A stretch of 64,000 nucleotides of DNA from a virus (Duplodnaviria; Caudoviricetes), in the IMG/VR virus record IMGVR_UViG_3300027764_000007, positions 6,515 through 70,514 of that record; one strand, written 5' to 3'. How positions within the stretch are numbered: position 1 is the first letter of the stretch; every line of letters begins with the position of its first letter. Of the stretch, positions 1 to 9,599 are shown piece by piece. The notes under the pieces are model-generated. The model did no database searches. It saw nothing but the letters and a program-made list of their open reading frames with translations, and was not told where the DNA came from. The translations under genes and the position numbers were made by a program.

Positions 1-497
1 TATGGATTGGTTGGCCATTCAACAGACCACGGGAAACCTGTTTGCGCTGTAATGTCGCGCAGCGCTTGACGGTAGGTAGCCCACTGCGCTGATACAGCAG
101 TGGCAGTCTCGAACGCTTTAATGGCTACCCAGTCGCACTCGGCAAGTAGAGTATCTCGGCTGGCTCTAACGCTCTTCGCCTGCTCAGTGGCTTGATGCCG
201 ATTGTAAGCCGCTTCCTTTGATGCGTTGTCGGCGGCAATTATTACTGCGTTTGGTAAATACGCATCATATAAGTCTTGATCTGATATTACCCACCCCCCA
301 TCAAACTTCAAGGCGCGAGCAATCCAGTATAAAGGTGACTCTGGCGCAGCCCCATCAACAATCTTGTGGGTAGATGAATTAATGTCGGTTACCATCAAGT
401 CATTTGACTCCAACCTGTCTTCTAATAGCAAAATCGTCGCATCATCCGAAAACATAAGCACCGCTACGTTTGTTTCTTTTTCAAGAACTAGCTTCAT
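1..497 (-). CDS. Tail fibre assembly chaperone-like protein (stop codon cut by window edge)
   Basis: Not in the ORF track. Manual translation from ATG 497 gives 165 aa ending VRASRDTLLAECDW...WATYRQALRDITAQTGFPWSVEWPTNP, the typical tail assembly chaperone C-terminus; directly downstream of a tail fibre gene. Confidence 0.8.
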   Translation of the reverse strand, partial: MKLVLEKETNVAVLMFSDDATILLLEDRLESNDLMVTDINSSTHKIVDGAAPESPLYWIARALKFDGGWVISDQDLYDAYLPNAVIIAADNASKEAAYNRHQATEQAKSVRASRDTLLAECDWVAIKAFETATAVSAQWATYRQALRDITAQTGFPWSVEWPTNP

Positions 498-505
498 ATT
501 TCACC

Positions 506-2470
506 TTATGGGAATGTGTTAGTGCCTAAAACCAATATAGCTGTGGCCGATAGAGCGCGAGCTACAGCAGGCCCGCTTACAGTAGTGGTTAGGGTCGTCC
601 CGTTAGTGCTGCTCAAGTAATACAAAGTGTTTGGGGTTAATCCTGACTGGCTAGTATTTGTTCCAAACGGCAGGGTTACAGCAACAGGACCACCTTGTAT
701 GGCTGGTGCAGTTGAGAACCCAATAAACTGTGTTCGCTCATCTACCACCGGGGCTGTAGCTGCAACAGCCGTGCCGTTGATAGCCGCAGATGGCAATGGA
801 TTAGGGTTATCAAATGCCCCGGCCAGCACCTGATAGTTACTATTATTCGCGCAAAGAAACGTCATATCAGTTGCTGAAGATTGCCAAGTCGTTTTAGCGC
901 CAAAGCTCAGAGTGCTTGCAGTAGGAATTGCCGAAAAACTTATCTTCCCCACATAAGAGGCATTAATGTCTGGATACGCAATACACAATGCACCAGAGGC
1001 GGCAGAGTAACTAATTGATAAATAATGTTGATATGGAGCGCCGCCCCAACCTGAAGCAGAGTCTATGGCTACAGATGCTGCATGTACAAAATAGCCACTC
1101 GTTCCGTTTGACATAAGCATGCCATACAAGCCGTCAACACCACTGGTTCCGTTCGAGCCAAATATAGCGGCAAGTCTAGCAAGCGACTCAATCCACACAA
1201 GACAGGCATTACCCGCAAAAGGGCCATATCCCGAATTGTAGGACTCAACACCGTAATTACCACTGACTGAGGGCACAAAAGTTGTGGGGTCTATCTTAAT
1301 TTGCTTTATATACCCGCGCCCACTGGTGTTGTATGTCATCGCGTTTGTTGCCAGAGACCCGCAATGTACTACGGCAGCAGTGTAGCCATTACTCCCACTG
1401 GCAACGGTAGTTAGCGGAGTTCCAAACGTAATGCTAGTGCCTGAAACAGTAGCAACTATACATTTCATTGTGTCATTACTGTCTCTCAAGCTTACAAGTG
1501 CCCTATTAACGGATGTGTCATAACACACGCCAATCGGCCCCCAAGAAGATACCCCGGTGGAGGCAGACGTACCAAACGTGATTGCTGCGCCTGTTATTTT
1601 TGCAGTGATCAATCTTGCAAAACCGTCGGCAACCCTACTGTAAGCTACAATAATTTGAGCTGTCACGGGGTCATAGCAAGAGCCAATATTAACCTGCCCA
1701 CTACCATCCACATCAGAATCAAACACTGTAGCGGTCCCATAAGATATTGTGTTGTTTGTCGCAACTGTTGCAAGAATTACCTTGCCTTTATTTGCAGATA
1801 ATACGTCTCTATAAAAGATTGCATATACGGCTGCTACTGGGTCATAGGTAACAGAACAAGCGTTAGTCTCTGACGCGTTGAATGTTGAGACCGTTCCGAC
1901 ACTAGCAGCAGCTATTGTGCTTTCTTTCACTAAGCCCGCGCTATTAATTACCAGCGCTTTCCCTGCCGCAGAAACAGCCTTGCTAGTTGTAAACGTGAAC
2001 TCACTAGCAGGTGACACAACCACCGCAGCACCAGTAGCTTTGATGTAACTCACGCAGTAAACCGTAGTCCCATCACTCTCATAAATAGCCCTGTCACCAG
2101 CCGCCGTTGTTATATTTGCAGCACCCGGCAGGTTATTGGTCGTAGCGTTATGGGTTAGCGTCAGGATGCCGTCAAAGATAACTGTACGAGGCCCACGGGT
2201 AAGAGTGACAGCCGTAATCGTTGTCGTGCCCGTAATGTGTACCCGGTTGCCTGTAGCTGTGTTGAGGTTGATCGTACCGGCAGAGGCTATGGCTGTGCCT
2301 GTATTAATATCCAGAACACCGGTGATGCCATTGATGGTCGGCGCAGTCAGCGTCTTGTTGGTGAGAGTTAACTGCCCCACACTTACCCAATTGCGGAGGG
2401 CATCAAAGCCCTCAACGACTTCAGGTAAATCCGTGGAAGCTGAGCCTCCACAACTGATTAGATAGCTCAT
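506..2470 (-). CDS. Tail fibre / receptor-binding protein
   Basis: 654 aa, Thr/Ala/Ser/Gly-rich beta-type sequence; within the tail module, upstream of the chaperone. Confidence 0.7.
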   Translation of the reverse strand: MSYLISCGGSASTDLPEVVEGFDALRNWVSVGQLTLTNKTLTAPTINGITGVLDINTGTAIASAGTINLNTATGNRVHITGTTTITAVTLTRGPRTVIFDGILTLTHNATTNNLPGAANITTAAGDRAIYESDGTTVYCVSYIKATGAAVVVSPASEFTFTTSKAVSAAGKALVINSAGLVKESTIAAASVGTVSTFNASETNACSVTYDPVAAVYAIFYRDVLSANKGKVILATVATNNTISYGTATVFDSDVDGSGQVNIGSCYDPVTAQIIVAYSRVADGFARLITAKITGAAITFGTSASTGVSSWGPIGVCYDTSVNRALVSLRDSNDTMKCIVATVSGTSITFGTPLTTVASGSNGYTAAVVHCGSLATNAMTYNTSGRGYIKQIKIDPTTFVPSVSGNYGVESYNSGYGPFAGNACLVWIESLARLAAIFGSNGTSGVDGLYGMLMSNGTSGYFVHAASVAIDSASGWGGAPYQHYLSISYSAASGALCIAYPDINASYVGKISFSAIPTASTLSFGAKTTWQSSATDMTFLCANNSNYQVLAGAFDNPNPLPSAAINGTAVAATAPVVDERTQFIGFSTAPAIQGGPVAVTLPFGTNTSQSGLTPNTLYYLSSTNGTTLTTTVSGPAVARALSATAILVLGTNTFP

Positions 2471-3102
2471 GCTACGAAGGCTCCTACGTTAGCTGGTATT
2501 GCTCTTACCGTGTAGAAGCTCCCTCTCAATGGTGTAATCGTACCAGCACTTGAAGTCACTTGTAGGGACACCTTACTCGCTATCGTGGCATGCGTTGTAA
2601 CATTAGCTCGTATACGGAACTGGTGGTTAACCGCTGTGGTCAATGAAGAGGTAACCGGGATTACTGTTGCAAGGGCTACTGAGTTAGCAACTGCAGCCGT
2701 GATCGGCGCACCCACAGCTTGAACACCAGTAACCGGCCCACCCACGTAGTATGCTGCCATGTTCACAGGAGCCTGCGAATTGGTCAGTGTGAAAGTCACC
2801 GTACCCGCAGTAGTCTTCGTGAAGTGTATTCCATACTCCAGGTCAAAACTACTTGCAGCCGGTAACACGATATTTCCAGCTGAGAAGAAGTTTGCAATGG
2901 TCGGACCAACAGCACTACCGTTAGCTGTCAACGCATAATAGTCTGTGCCGACGTACAGCAAGTTATTCCAGCTAGTTACACCATCCCCGATTTTAACTAA
3001 CCCTGTGCCGCTGACATGCCCAAACTCACCTGGTAACAGGATAGGGTTATTGGTAGCCCAATTTGCAGCTGTATCTTTACGCACTTGAATTTGTGTTGGC
3101 AT
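2467..3102 (-). CDS. Tail protein with Mtd_N-like (major tropism determinant / hyaluronidase-type) N-terminal domain
   Basis: N-terminus MPTQIQVRKDTAANWATNNPILLPGEFG...KIGDGVTSWNNL matches that domain; ATG 3102 overlaps the upstream stop (TAATG). Confidence 0.75.
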   Translation of the reverse strand: MPTQIQVRKDTAANWATNNPILLPGEFGHVSGTGLVKIGDGVTSWNNLLYVGTDYYALTANGSAVGPTIANFFSAGNIVLPAASSFDLEYGIHFTKTTAGTVTFTLTNSQAPVNMAAYYVGGPVTGVQAVGAPITAAVANSVALATVIPVTSSLTTAVNHQFRIRANVTTHATIASKVSLQVTSSAGTITPLRGSFYTVRAIPANVGAFVA

Positions 3103-3500
3103 TATATTGAAGCTCCGCAGTTGATAGTTGAATCCCAATAAACGGTGGAAGAGTTCCCGCCATTAAAATCGATAATGTGCGCAGATCTAGCAAACCCAGC
3201 TGCTTGTTCGGCAGTCAACGACATGAACGCAGTGCTACCCGATACCCAACTAACCCCTGTAGTGTTTTCCAGGCCACGAGCGCACTCATACAGTGTGATA
3301 GTCCCGCCGCTTACCTGGGCACGGCTATAGGTAATAATTTCAAAATTAGCCGGGTTAACCAGTGAATCTGTAAGCATCACCCTGCCACCACTTAACGGTG
3401 GGTTATTGAATGGCGCTGTCGCTACATTCAGAATGATCGTAGAAATGCTGGAGTCGATCGCAGTATTTAATGTGGTTTTTACATTGTTTGTAAAACTCAT
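3102..3500 (-). CDS. Tail-associated structural protein
   Basis: 132 aa; NFEIITYS...CARGLENTTGVSW resembles fibre N-terminal modules; coupled to both neighbours. Confidence 0.55.
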   Translation of the reverse strand: MSFTNNVKTTLNTAIDSSISTIILNVATAPFNNPPLSGGRVMLTDSLVNPANFEIITYSRAQVSGGTITLYECARGLENTTGVSWVSGSTAFMSLTAEQAAGFARSAHIIDFNGGNSSTVYWDSTINCGASI

Positions 3501-3817
3501 TTTTCCCTCACTGATACACAGACATCGACTTCTTTACGCCGGCCTTGGTTAGTCACCACAAGAAATGTGATTTTGTAGTCCATATTAATTGTGCCGCTGC
3601 CAAGCCAGACTTTGAAACGGATTGCCGGGGTACCCAGTATCACCGTATCAGGGTGGCTACCTGGCCCCACTACCAGTAATGGACTTTGTTCTTCGGCGCT
3701 TACCAGCACGAATGTTATAGACGTTATAAAATCATCTGGTGCCCAAGCACCAAACCATTTGCCCATATCAATGTCATAATCCAATATGTCATCTGGCTGC
3801 TTCGAGAACGCAATCAT
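3497..3817 (-). CDS. Fibre-tail adaptor-like protein
   Basis: KQPDDILDYDIDMGKW and C-terminal TNQGRRKEVDV are typical of small fibre adaptor proteins; overlapping start/stop with neighbours. Confidence 0.6.
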   Translation of the reverse strand: MIAFSKQPDDILDYDIDMGKWFGAWAPDDFITSITFVLVSAEEQSPLLVVGPGSHPDTVILGTPAIRFKVWLGSGTINMDYKITFLVVTNQGRRKEVDVCVSVREK

Positions 3818-6510
3818 TACGCCACCTTAAGGTTATAAACTTCTGTGAGGCCGCTCTCACGGGTGCCAACAGCAATACAATATTTATGGACATCGCCAGC
3901 CACTTCGTAACACTGGATACCCGCTAACACACCCACCGAGCGGGTACCCGAATCTATCTCGTAAATCGATATCTTAGGCCTTACTATGTAGGAGTGCCCC
4001 AGGGCAGATAACTCAACAAATCTGGCTTCGTCTTCTACATACCCGACTCTATTTATTGTGGGTACAGCGTAAGTTCTGTCTATTGAAGCAGAAGCTAAAC
4101 CATTAATCTGAGAAATCGCGTGGTTTGCTTGTGCAGTTGCGGTCAGGTGAACTTCACCTAAAAACAGTAAACCAACATGCCCGGTTGCTGTTGCACTCGC
4201 GCTTGCTATTGCACTGACCGCACCCAATTCTATTTTTGATACTGACACGGACATTGAAGCGGTTGCCAAAGCACTGCCGGCACCACGAGTAATTACCCTG
4301 GGCGTAGCAGTAGCATTACAAACAACCAACGCATCTACGGAAGCAGCGTAGATCAGCCCTACGCTGCCCTCAGCACTCGCCTGTGCATTTGCTGCAGAGG
4401 CAGCGCTAACCACCATTTGGGCTGTTGCTTGAGCACTGGCTTCGGCTAGTACTTCTGCGTAGGCTTTTACAACGGTACTGACGAGTGAAAAACCGTAGCC
4501 ATACGCATACGCATAAGCGTCTACAGAAACAGTCGCCCAGACTGTTGCATCAGCGATCCCTGTTGCTGTTGCTTGAGCACCTATTGCTGGGTAATCAATC
4601 CAGTGTGAGCCACCAAGGATAGTCGCGCCAAAAATCAGGTTGCTGCTTGGGTAACTGACGATACCTGTAAAGGCGTTACGAACACCCGCCACAATAACTG
4701 TAGCAGTTGCTGTGGCCTCTACTTCTCCAAGAGTGATTGCGCTATCGCCAACAACCACAACGGCAGTAGCGAGCACACTGCCAGACGCTGAACGCTCTAC
4801 GTACCCAGCACCTGTAGCCGCTGCAGTAACCGTACACGTAACCATTACAGGTTCGGTGTTGAACCCGAAAATTTGCGCTGTGGCTGTAGCCAGTAATGAA
4901 GATGCTGCAGATCTTGTAACCGCGGTATCTACGGCACAGACACTTTGGCTTACTGCAGTACTGCCTGCTGCTTTTACAACAGAGGCCCAAATATCCACTT
5001 CTGCAGACGCATCGGTTGAGACGTACCCGATACTAAATACTGTGCTATTTACTAAGACATTTGCTGTGGCGACTGCGCCAGGTGGTAGGTACTCAAGCCA
5101 CTGAGAGCCACCCAATACGGTCATACCAAAGATCAAATTAGTACTTGGGTAAATCTCTGTGTAACGCTCGTATACGTTTCTCTGACCTTCTACGGAGGCC
5201 ATGGCTGAGCTTTCGGCAATACCTCCTGCGTCAGCAAGACGATGCCCTTCAACCGCAACCGTGGCAGATCCAGTTAAGCTGCTTGCCACTCCAAGCGTGC
5301 TTGAGCTGCTTACAACAACAACCGCACTACCTGTGCAGCTGATATTGCCAAGGCATATCCGCACCGCTTCACACGCCGCAGTTGCCACACTGTTCAATGA
5401 ACTGGCAGCAGATCCTGTAGTATTTACAGCAGCTGTCGCAGTAGCCAAACCAGTTAAGCTACTGTCACCAGCTCGGGTTATAGCCCCAGCACCGGTGGCT
5501 ATTGCAGTAACGGTACAACTTAAGATTACTGGCTCAGTGTTGAAGCCATAGGCGGTACACGTAGCACCAGCCGTTAATACTGAGGCTGCGTGTTCCCGCT
5601 TAGAAGCAAAGCTAGTGACAGTAGCTGTACCAGATAACGTACTGGCCCCTGCTGCTGCTATGTAGGCATAGCCTGTCGCCGCAGCATTACTACTTAGAGT
5701 CGATTCTGCTACCGCAACTGTAAGGCTATCTACCAATACAGTAGCAGTACACGCTTCTCCCAATACCGGGCAATCAAACCACTGGGAACCGCCCAGAATT
5801 ACCCCACCGAATACCAAATTTGTACTTGGGTATTGTGGGAAGTAAATTGGGGTTACACGTTCTACGAGTGCTTGTGCATCTGCGCTAGAGCTTAAGTCAG
5901 ACCCAGCTGCACGAGTAATGGCACCACTGCCTGTAGCAGTAGCTGTCGTTGGTAAAGTGCTTGCTACATTGAGTAGCGAATACGGATTAACTGTAACCGT
6001 GCTTGTCGCATTTAGCGTGCTTGCTGCTGGCTCAATTCCAGAGGCGTATGCACTAGCAGTCGCTAAACCAGAAAGAGTAGAGCTACCTTTGTAATCGGCT
6101 TTAGCATTGCAACTGACACTGGCAGAGGCCGTACAAGTTATATCAGTAACTTGTGCATTATTGCTTGTATAGGCCGTACCCACAGCATTAGCAGATAAGC
6201 TGCTTTGACCAGAAGATAGTTTCCATGCTGCGGCTTCCGCCGCTGCGCTGGAAGATAGTGACGTAGCCCCTTTGGTTACCCGAGAGCCATAACCAGTAGA
6301 AATAGATTCAGCCAGGGCTGTTAAAGCACCTGGCTCAATTTTACTGGCGAATATCGATATTGTTCCTGAAGCTGTGGCAGTACCAGCAGATTGCGTGTGC
6401 TTTATTACGAGTGCGTCAGCTTGGGCCGTAGCAGTAGCTGTGCCCTGAGCTTCGATTTGTAAGCCGGCAAGTAAAAAGTACCCTGCAAACAGCGCACGTC
6501 CTAGTAACAA
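3817..6510 (-). CDS. Long Ala/Thr/Ser-rich repetitive virion (fibre-like) protein
   Basis: 897 aa, TTG start, internal repeats (see findings), inside the tail operon. Confidence 0.65.
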   Translation of the reverse strand: MLLGRALFAGYFLLAGLQIEAQGTATATAQADALVIKHTQSAGTATASGTISIFASKIEPGALTALAESISTGYGSRVTKGATSLSSSAAAEAAAWKLSSGQSSLSANAVGTAYTSNNAQVTDITCTASASVSCNAKADYKGSSTLSGLATASAYASGIEPAASTLNATSTVTVNPYSLLNVASTLPTTATATGSGAITRAAGSDLSSSADAQALVERVTPIYFPQYPSTNLVFGGVILGGSQWFDCPVLGEACTATVLVDSLTVAVAESTLSSNAAATGYAYIAAAGASTLSGTATVTSFASKREHAASVLTAGATCTAYGFNTEPVILSCTVTAIATGAGAITRAGDSSLTGLATATAAVNTTGSAASSLNSVATAACEAVRICLGNISCTGSAVVVVSSSSTLGVASSLTGSATVAVEGHRLADAGGIAESSAMASVEGQRNVYERYTEIYPSTNLIFGMTVLGGSQWLEYLPPGAVATANVLVNSTVFSIGYVSTDASAEVDIWASVVKAAGSTAVSQSVCAVDTAVTRSAASSLLATATAQIFGFNTEPVMVTCTVTAAATGAGYVERSASGSVLATAVVVVGDSAITLGEVEATATATVIVAGVRNAFTGIVSYPSSNLIFGATILGGSHWIDYPAIGAQATATGIADATVWATVSVDAYAYAYGYGFSLVSTVVKAYAEVLAEASAQATAQMVVSAASAANAQASAEGSVGLIYAASVDALVVCNATATPRVITRGAGSALATASMSVSVSKIELGAVSAIASASATATGHVGLLFLGEVHLTATAQANHAISQINGLASASIDRTYAVPTINRVGYVEDEARFVELSALGHSYIVRPKISIYEIDSGTRSVGVLAGIQCYEVAGDVHKYCIAVGTRESGLTEVYNLKVA

Positions 6511-6525
6511 TACCGGACACCTTTA

Positions 6526-6927
6526 TTATGCGAGGGTGATACTGATCGAACTGATTGGGAAGTTCAGTACATCGTTTACATCCAGAGTCTTTGAGTTAGT
6601 CAAAGGCGCGTGGAACAGCAAGTTACCCGCCGATACTGCACTAAACAGTGCCCAATGCGTAACCGTAATCGTTGCACCCGCAACAGCAGGGAATGAAACA
6701 GATTTCGCATTTGTGAACGTACCCGCTGAAGCGTTGAAGCCGTCAGATACAACGGTGGTATGCGCCTGTTGGCGTGCATACCCAACATAGGAACATTCAA
6801 CACCGCCACCGGCATCTGAAGGAGCTGATGTAAACAGTGCCAGATAAACCGCACCGCTTGTGTAAGCACCCCCCTTCAATAAGAGTGTACCCAGTGTTGT
6901 TTCAAGATAATCAGAAAAAGCAGACAT
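6526..6927 (-). CDS. Small tail-associated protein (MSAFSDYLE family)
   Basis: 133 aa; VYLALFTSAPSDAGGGVECSYVGYARQ...ITVTHWALF is a common phage tail-module family; first gene of the tail operon. Confidence 0.7.
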   Translation of the reverse strand: MSAFSDYLETTLGTLLLKGGAYTSGAVYLALFTSAPSDAGGGVECSYVGYARQQAHTTVVSDGFNASAGTFTNAKSVSFPAVAGATITVTHWALFSAVSAGNLLFHAPLTNSKTLDVNDVLNFPISSISITLA

Positions 6928-7097
6928 TTCGAGTCCTCTTTGGGGGGAGTAGGTTAAAAGTTTTCAGAGTCTGCCCGAAGAAATAAAAGTTTTCTGGGAT
7001 ATAAATTTGTCAGCATTATTTGAATTATTAATTTAATTTTCGCTCATGTAAGCCTCTCCAGGAGTTTTGTGAGGTAAAACCAATTTAAAGAGGCACT

Positions 7098-7469
7098 ATG
7101 TTTTTAACCGCTGTGTTATGTATGGCAGAGGCAATCTATTTTGAGAGCCGTGATCAAAGCTCCTTGGGACAAATGGCTGTTGGCTATGTTGTCCAGCATC
7201 GAACAAAAGACACCCGATACTCTGATGATTACTGCGAGGTAGTTCATCAATACATGCAGTTTGAGTATTACTGGGATGGGAAGAAGGAATCGATTAATGA
7301 CCAACAGGCTCACATGCAAGCCATGTCAATAAGCATGCTCACCATCTTGGGAGTGATCCCCGATCCAGTAAATGGCGCTACCCATTTTGACTCGCTAGAT
7401 GAAAGACCCAACTGGGCAGTAACAGCGCCCATTCAGATTGAAGACCATTACTTTTACATAGGACGGTAG
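7098..7469 (+). CDS. Cell wall hydrolase, SleB/Hydrolase_2 family
   Basis: CMAEAIYFESRDQSSLGQMAVGYVVQHR...QFEYY...GATHFD...IEDHYFY motifs; RBS GAGG. Confidence 0.85.
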   Translation: MFLTAVLCMAEAIYFESRDQSSLGQMAVGYVVQHRTKDTRYSDDYCEVVHQYMQFEYYWDGKKESINDQQAHMQAMSISMLTILGVIPDPVNGATHFDSLDERPNWAVTAPIQIEDHYFYIGR

Positions 7470-7470
7470 T

Positions 7471-7788
7471 ATGAAATTCCCCCCGATCAGCCTCACCAAG
7501 GTACTCCAGGTTATCAAGATAGCTCGCACAGCCAAGCAGACTGTCAGCACTATCCAGCGCAGACGGCAGACGAATAAAGCGATTGCCGCCCCTACCCTTG
7601 CGCGGATTTCAGAAGACCTGCACAAGTACATCAGCAACCAAGTTAATGAGCTGCATCTGGCCAGTAAAGATGGCACGGAGGCTGAGATGCAGATGTTGCG
7701 TAAGCGCCTGAACAAACTGAAAACCACTGCAGAGAAGATCAAGGAAGTCCTGCTCGAAGATCACTCCGTTTCTCGGAGAGCACGATGA
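7471..7788 (+). CDS. Hypothetical basic/coiled-coil protein
   Basis: 105-aa ORF immediately after the hydrolase. Confidence 0.6.
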   Translation: MKFPPISLTKVLQVIKIARTAKQTVSTIQRRRQTNKAIAAPTLARISEDLHKYISNQVNELHLASKDGTEAEMQMLRKRLNKLKTTAEKIKEVLLEDHSVSRRAR

Positions 7789-7931
7789 AACCACATGAAG
7801 ACGATGACCTGGATGAATATTTCATTAAGCGGGATATGGCTATGCAGCGTAACGCCGGCCTATGTCTGCGTACTCCCTGGTGTAGCTGTGTTCAATGCTC
7901 GCCAGATGAGGGAGATGCGTTAAAGCACTAA
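7785..7931 (+). CDS. Small hypothetical protein (48 aa, Cys-containing)
   Basis: Manual translation MKPHEDDDLDEYFIKRDMAMQRNAGLCLRTPWCSCVQCSPDEGDALKH; ATGA overlap with the upstream stop. Confidence 0.5.
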   Translation: MKPHEDDDLDEYFIKRDMAMQRNAGLCLRTPWCSCVQCSPDEGDALKH

Positions 7932-8006
7932 TCCCACTAAGTTTAGAGGTATAATTATTCTATTACAATGTATACCCTATCTACCCACAAACATAAGGAA
8001 GCTGCC

Positions 8007-8258
8007 ATGCCGAAAGCCGTGTTTATGCCCGCCAACAGTAAGTTCAGTAAAAATGAGCTGCATGCCAAAGCAATCATCAAAAACCTCCGCTTAGGCAGCA
8101 ATCTTTCAATGATCGCAGGTGCCGATTTGCTCAGCATCACTGTCAAGAATCTCGAGGACATCGAAGCCACAAGAAATTACGGGTGCCATCTCAGCTGGGA
8201 TACTATGCTCATGGTTTCCCGCGCCTACTGCGTGCCGCTGACTCACTTTATAGCGTAA
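8007..8258 (+). CDS. XRE/Cro-C1-type HTH protein
   Basis: IKNLRLGSNLSMIAGADLLSITVKNLEDIE...LSWDTMLMVSRAYCVPLTHF follows the HTH_3 pattern; AAGGA RBS before ATG 8007. Confidence 0.6.
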   Translation: MPKAVFMPANSKFSKNELHAKAIIKNLRLGSNLSMIAGADLLSITVKNLEDIEATRNYGCHLSWDTMLMVSRAYCVPLTHFIA

Positions 8259-8269
8259 CAGGAACTCCC

Positions 8270-8629
8270 ATGGCCGCAGCTCGATTAACTGGCTTCGCGT
8301 CAGTAAGCAAGAAAGAAACAATCCTCAAAAACATCACCCTCTACTTCAGCAACAAAATGCCCCGCATAACTTTCAGCAAAGTCATCCTCAAAGAGGCTGG
8401 TTTGTTGGAAGCATGCAGGATTGATGTGTTGCGGAATAAAAACCGATTGGCTATTACCGCAGGAGATACCTATTCCGTAGATCACTCCTACTCTTCAGGT
8501 AAGTCCATGACTTCAATAAGCGGTGGTTTTTTAAAGGCGGATCAGCCATTCAAATGTTTAGAGTTCAAAATCAAAAAGGGTGTAGTTATCCTCACCCTGC
8601 CCCCAGAGCTTTTCGTAAACCAGGAGTAA
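8270..8629 (+). CDS. Hypothetical protein, possible AbrB-like swapped-hairpin fold
   Basis: PRITFSKVILKEAGLLEACRIDVLRNKNRLAIT resembles the AbrB/SpoVT pattern; start inferred at ATG 8270. Confidence 0.4.
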   Translation: MAAARLTGFASVSKKETILKNITLYFSNKMPRITFSKVILKEAGLLEACRIDVLRNKNRLAITAGDTYSVDHSYSSGKSMTSISGGFLKADQPFKCLEFKIKKGVVILTLPPELFVNQE

Positions 8630-8631
8630 AA

Positions 8632-9072
8632 ATGATTAAGCCAGTATTAAAAGTCATGCGCGTCAGCCGTGATGCAGTAATCCCCAAGTATGAGTCGGAG
8701 CACGCAACTTGCTTTGATATCCGCAGCGTAGAGGCTGCTGCAATTCTACCCGGTGAGCACGTTACTGTTCGCACTGGACTCATCTTTGAGCCACCAGAAG
8801 GCTGGTGCATTGATACCTTCAGTCGTAGTGGTCACGGAGCCAAGCATCGCATCTCCCTCAGCAACAGCGTTGGCAAGATCGACAATGATTACCGCGGAGA
8901 GTTGATGGTGACTCTGAAAAACGATCACCCCACTGATCACTTTGTAGTGGCCGTGGGGGATCGTATTGCTCAAGCAGAGCTACGTCCGTATTACCAGTGT
9001 ACCTTTGAAGAGGTTTATACCGTTTCTTCAACAGCGCGTGGCTCAGGCGGCTTGGGCAGTACCGGCAGATGA
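8632..9072 (+). CDS. dut: Trimeric dUTPase
   Basis: Motifs CFDI, FSRSG, GKIDNDYRGEL, DRIAQ, RGSGGLGSTG; RBS CAGGAG before ATG 8632. Confidence 0.95.
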   Translation: MIKPVLKVMRVSRDAVIPKYESEHATCFDIRSVEAAAILPGEHVTVRTGLIFEPPEGWCIDTFSRSGHGAKHRISLSNSVGKIDNDYRGELMVTLKNDHPTDHFVVAVGDRIAQAELRPYYQCTFEEVYTVSSTARGSGGLGSTGR

Positions 9073-9264
9073 TTTTGTGTCTGGGCCAGCATAATATTTA
9101 GGTGTGACTGGCTCAGGCTCAGGTTCTTTCACCAACGCAGCGATGTTTTCTCCCACAGCACGGAGCATCCCCGCAATTAAATCCGGGCTGAGTGAGTTAC
9201 CTGCATTGCGCTCAAGAATAACCCGAGCCATTTGTAATACCTGCCCTGCCTCTATCTTTAACAT
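9043..9264 (-). CDS. Hypothetical protein
   Basis: 73-aa ORF with GGGGAA RBS, converging on dut. Confidence 0.55.
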   Translation of the reverse strand: MLKIEAGQVLQMARVILERNAGNSLSPDLIAGMLRAVGENIAALVKEPEPEPVTPKYYAGPDTKSSAGTAQAA

Positions 9265-9290
9265 CCGTTCCCCCTTTTCAATTATTTGTT

Positions 9291-9599
9291 TTAACTCAGC
9301 TGCTCACTGAACACATCAACGAAGAGGAATATGTCCTCGCCGCGGAATTCATTCTTGGGTTTCTTGTCAGACCAGGCCGGCTTTTCCGCCATAAACTCCT
9401 TGTACAGGTCACCCTCGATAACAATAGTTCTATACTTTTTGGGTGGCGCTACAGTTTCCGGTAGGGGGAGTTCAGTAACCTCGGGACTCTCATCAAGCAC
9501 AACAACAACACTGTGCCCTATTTTGTGGAGTACAGATTTCAACTTCTGCGTAACTTCTTTAGCCGCTCTGGCTGGCGTAGTTACATTTCTACTGTGCAT
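9291..9599 (-). CDS. Hypothetical protein
   Basis: ATG 9599 overlaps the tail gene stop (TAATG); 102 aa. Confidence 0.55.
   Translation of the reverse strand: MHSRNVTTPARAAKEVTQKLKSVLHKIGHSVVVVLDESPEVTELPLPETVAPPKKYRTIVIEGDLYKEFMAEKPAWSDKKPKNEFRGEDIFLFVDVFSEQLS

Noticed and set aside
506-3102. Diversity-generating retroelement suggested by the Mtd_N domain
   Set aside because: No reverse transcriptase, Avd or template/variable repeat pair seen in the window.
7950-7955. Sigma70 promoter at TATAAT upstream of the XRE gene
   Set aside because: No plausible -35 or extended -10; not supportable from sequence alone.
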